Shown one piece after another: positions 61,382-64,000 of a stretch of 64,000 nt of DNA; the first letter of the stretch is position 1, and each line of letters opens with the position of its first letter. The stretch covers positions 14,380 to 78,379 of the forward strand of contig JACRPU010000021.1 in assembly GCA_016223025.1 (NCBI GenBank), written 5' to 3'. This DNA comes from Nitrosomonadales bacterium (lineage in GTDB: Bacteria > Pseudomonadota > Gammaproteobacteria > Burkholderiales > Gallionellaceae). A program made the position numbers and the translations under genes. The notes beneath the pieces were generated by a model. The model had not been told where the DNA came from, did no database searches, and saw nothing but the letters and a program-made list of their open reading frames with translations.

Positions 61382-61876
61382 TTACGCCCTGTCCGGAACA
61401 AACTTCAGCGCCACACCGTTGTTGCAGTATCTCAAGCCGGTCGGCGGCGGGCCATCCTTGAACACGTGCCCCTGGTGTCCGCCGCAACGCGCGCAGTGAT
61501 ATTCGGTTCGCGGCATAATCAGCTTGAAATCGGTCCGGGTTCCGACGTGGCCGGGCAGGACATCGGTAAAACTCGGCCAGCCGGTGCCGCTGTCGAACTT
61601 GAAGCGGGACGGAAACAGCGCCAGCTCGCAGGCGGCGCACACGAACACGCCGTTGCGGGATTCATGCTCCAGCGGGCTGGTGAAGGGAGGCTCGGTGCCT
61701 TCCTCGCGCAGCACGTGATATTGTTCCGCCGTGAGCAGTTTTTTCCATTCTGCGTTGGGCCTGCTGATTTTCTCGATAGGTTCTGCCGCCATAGCCTGCT
61801 CCGGTTCGACGAATTTCAATAATGCCAACACGCCGGCCCCGCCCGACGCCAGCCGGATGAATGAGCGCCTGTCCAT
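61382..61876 (-). CDS. msrB: Peptide-methionine (R)-S-oxide reductase MsrB with twin-arginine signal
   Basis: ATG at 61876 (AAGGAGG RBS). MDRRSFIRLASGGAGVLALL Tat leader, zinc CxxC pairs (CAAC, CARC) and catalytic RYCNNG. Confidence 0.88.
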   Translation of the reverse strand: MDRRSFIRLASGGAGVLALLKFVEPEQAMAAEPIEKISRPNAEWKKLLTAEQYHVLREEGTEPPFTSPLEHESRNGVFVCAACELALFPSRFKFDSGTGWPSFTDVLPGHVGTRTDFKLIMPRTEYHCARCGGHQGHVFKDGPPPTGLRYCNNGVALKFVPDRA

Positions 61877-62344
61877 GATTCCCCTCCTTCGTCCAAAGGA
61901 AATAGGCCCGTTTGACAGCAAGCCCGAAACAAAATTGCATCCGGCCAATTATTTTTTACGGGTTGATCTGCGCGAATAAATTCGCACCCGCAGAATCGCA
62001 TAGCCAGTTGAAATACCAGAATGTTGCTCATCAACTGTGGCGTTTAGAGTTTCATTGCATGTTGGTGCAGACCGGCTCGTTTCTCGCTGGAGATATGGCT
62101 CGCCTTCTGACTCATTATCATATTTGCCGGGAAAGTCTTGCGCGGTTGCGCGCACGAACGAAAGCCGCTATATTGCGGCCATGCATTTCTCCCGTTACAT
62201 CTCGCAATCGCATTCCACGTTCAGCCTGCTTGCCGCGCTGCTGCTGCGCCACGCGCGCTGACTTTGCACCCCCTCTCATTTCTTGAAACTGGCGGTATCC
62301 GGATGGATCGCCGCAGGTTGAAACAATTCGCAATGGAGCCTGGC

Positions 62345-63880
62345 ATGGCCGACAAACTCATAATATTCGACACCACTTTGCGCGATGGAGAGCAAAGCCC
62401 CGGCGCTTCCATGACCAGGGAAGAAAAAATCCGCATCGCGCGCCAACTGGAAAAGCTTGGTGCGGATGTCATCGAGGCAGGCTTTGCCGCCGCCAGCCCC
62501 GGCGATGCGGACGCGATAAAGAGCATCGCCAGAATCATCGAACGCTCCGCGGTCTGTTCGCTGGCCCGCGCCAACGAGCGCGACGTGCGCGCTGCCGGCG
62601 AGGCGATCGGCCCGGCCCGGTCCGGGCGCATCCACACCTTCATCGCCACTTCGCCCATCCACATGGAAAAGAAGCTGCGCATGACGCCCGACCAGGTCGT
62701 CGAGAACGCCGTCAAGGCGGTGAAGCTCGCGCTGGAATACACCGATGACGTGGAGTTCTCCGCCGAGGACGCGGTGCGCTCGGAAATGGATTTTCTGGTG
62801 CGCGTGTTCGATGCGGTGATCCTGGCCGGGGCAAAAACCCTCAATGTGCCGGATACCGTCGGCTACAGCATCCCGGCCCTGTGGGGCGAGCGCATCAGGC
62901 AGTTGATCGAGCGCGTGCCGGGCAGCGACAAGGTGGTGTGGTCCACCCATTGCCACAATGATCTCGGCATGGCGGTAGCCAACTCGCTGGCCGCCGTGAT
63001 GAACGGCGCGCGCCAGGTGGAATGCACCATCAACGGCCTGGGCGAACGCGCGGGCAACGCCTCGCTGGAGGAAATCGTGATGGCGGTGAAGACCCGCCGC
63101 GACGTGTTCCAGTGCGACTCGCGGATTGACACCACGCAGATCGTGCCGACTTCCAAGCTGGTATCCAGCATTACCGGCTATCCGGTGCAGCCGAACAAGG
63201 CCATTGTCGGCGCGAACGCTTTCGCGCACGAATCCGGCATCCACCAGGACGGCATGATCAAGCACCGCGAGACTTATGAAATCATGCGCGCCGAAGACGT
63301 GGGCTGGAGCACGAACAAGCTGACTTTGGGCAAGCTTTCCGGACGCAACGCTTTTCGCACGCGCTTGCAGGAACTCGGCATCGTGCTGGAAAGCGAGGAG
63401 GCGTTGAATACCGCCTTTGCGCATTTCAAGGATCTGGCCGACCGCAAGTCGGAAATTTTCGACGAGGACTTGCAGGCGCTGGTCACCGAGGAAGCCGCCG
63501 CGCATGTCAGCGAGCATTACCGCCTGGTGTCCATGCGCGCGCACTCCGAAACGGGCGAACCGCCGTCCGCCAGGGTGGTGCTCGGTATTGGCGGGCATGA
63601 GCACGTTGCGGAAGCGAAGGGCGGCGGCCCGGTGGACGCCACGCTCAAGGCCATAGATCAAATCGCGCAGAGCGGCACCGAATTATTGCTGTTCTCGGTG
63701 AACAACATCACCAGCGGCACCGACGCTCAAGGCGAGGTGACGGTGCGGTTGTCCAGGGGCGGGCGCATTGTCAACGGCCAGGGCGCGGACACCGATATTG
63801 TGGTGGCTTCCGCCAAAGCCTATCTCAACGCGTTGAACAAGCTTCATGCGGGGGCGGAGAGGGCGCATCCGCAGGTGTAG
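62345..63880 (+). CDS. leuA: 2-isopropylmalate synthase
   Basis: The ATG at 62345 gives [39 protein letters not shown] motif and C-terminal LeuA dimerisation domain. Confidence 0.95.
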   Translation: MADKLIIFDTTLRDGEQSPGASMTREEKIRIARQLEKLGADVIEAGFAAASPGDADAIKSIARIIERSAVCSLARANERDVRAAGEAIGPARSGRIHTFIATSPIHMEKKLRMTPDQVVENAVKAVKLALEYTDDVEFSAEDAVRSEMDFLVRVFDAVILAGAKTLNVPDTVGYSIPALWGERIRQLIERVPGSDKVVWSTHCHNDLGMAVANSLAAVMNGARQVECTINGLGERAGNASLEEIVMAVKTRRDVFQCDSRIDTTQIVPTSKLVSSITGYPVQPNKAIVGANAFAHESGIHQDGMIKHRETYEIMRAEDVGWSTNKLTLGKLSGRNAFRTRLQELGIVLESEEALNTAFAHFKDLADRKSEIFDEDLQALVTEEAAAHVSEHYRLVSMRAHSETGEPPSARVVLGIGGHEHVAEAKGGGPVDATLKAIDQIAQSGTELLLFSVNNITSGTDAQGEVTVRLSRGGRIVNGQGADTDIVVASAKAYLNALNKLHAGAERAHPQV

Positions 63881-64000
63881 GATGTGCGGGCGGGGCAGCC
63901 TGTTTACGGGCAAGCTCCCATAGCGGATTTTCTGGCAGGGAACTCGAATGACGACTCAAATCAAACGTGTAAACATGCGGCTGCTTTCGCTCGTTGAGAA

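Noticed and set aside
62138-62344. N-terminal extension of leuA from the 580 aa ORF.
   Set aside because: The LeuA signature starts at [17 protein letters not shown] (62345). The extension has no homology-like features.
63948-64000. ATG-initiated ORF running off the right end of the window.
   Set aside because: Only 17 codons are visible, which is too little to support any call.

Overview
All calls come from reading the sequence and the ORF track by eye. No searches or computations were run, so family names are motif- and recollection-based. The window looks like a GC-rich chromosomal segment of a sulfur-oxidising, betaproteobacterium-like organism (inferred from gene content). Housekeeping genes present are secA, argJ, prmA, ugd, scpA, prmB, dapE, uvrC, pgsA, rppH, proS, ettA and leuA. 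Interleaved with them are: (1) a Tat-less three-subunit molybdoenzyme operon that I read as soeABC, split between soeA and soeB by a translationally coupled DUF559 ORF. (2) A reverse-type dsr operon, dsrABEFHCM, that ends abruptly after dsrM and carries structured repeats between dsrF and dsrH. (3) A six-gene operon divergent from dsrA: a 74 aa unknown, an orphan Cas6/Cmx6-like RAMP protein, a cysteine-less DsrC/TusE-like protein, a tandem double TusA, a 191 aa unknown and a TauD/TfdA-like dioxygenase. This is my best candidate for an undescribed system. (4) A mosaic-GC polysaccharide cluster with a sulfotransferase. (5) hpnCDE plus a macro-domain gene. (6) Two visibly AT-richer insertions. 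One is an ABC-type ATPase + DUF4276 pair wedged exactly between prmB and hpnC. The other is an islet with BrnT/BrnA and HTH-ImmA/DUF4411 modules that appears to have truncated a DUF433/DUF5615 pair. (7) A very dense population of small structured repeats and MITE-like elements, several abutting stop codons or lying in-frame inside genes. (8) A periplasmic Met/His/Cys-rich metal-binding protein next to a Tat-signal MsrB. Three coding lesions were seen: an in-frame TAG in scpB, an in-frame TGA in brnT, and a frameshift in a PEP-CTERM gene. These are either real decay or assembly errors. No rRNA, tRNA or CRISPR array was found.
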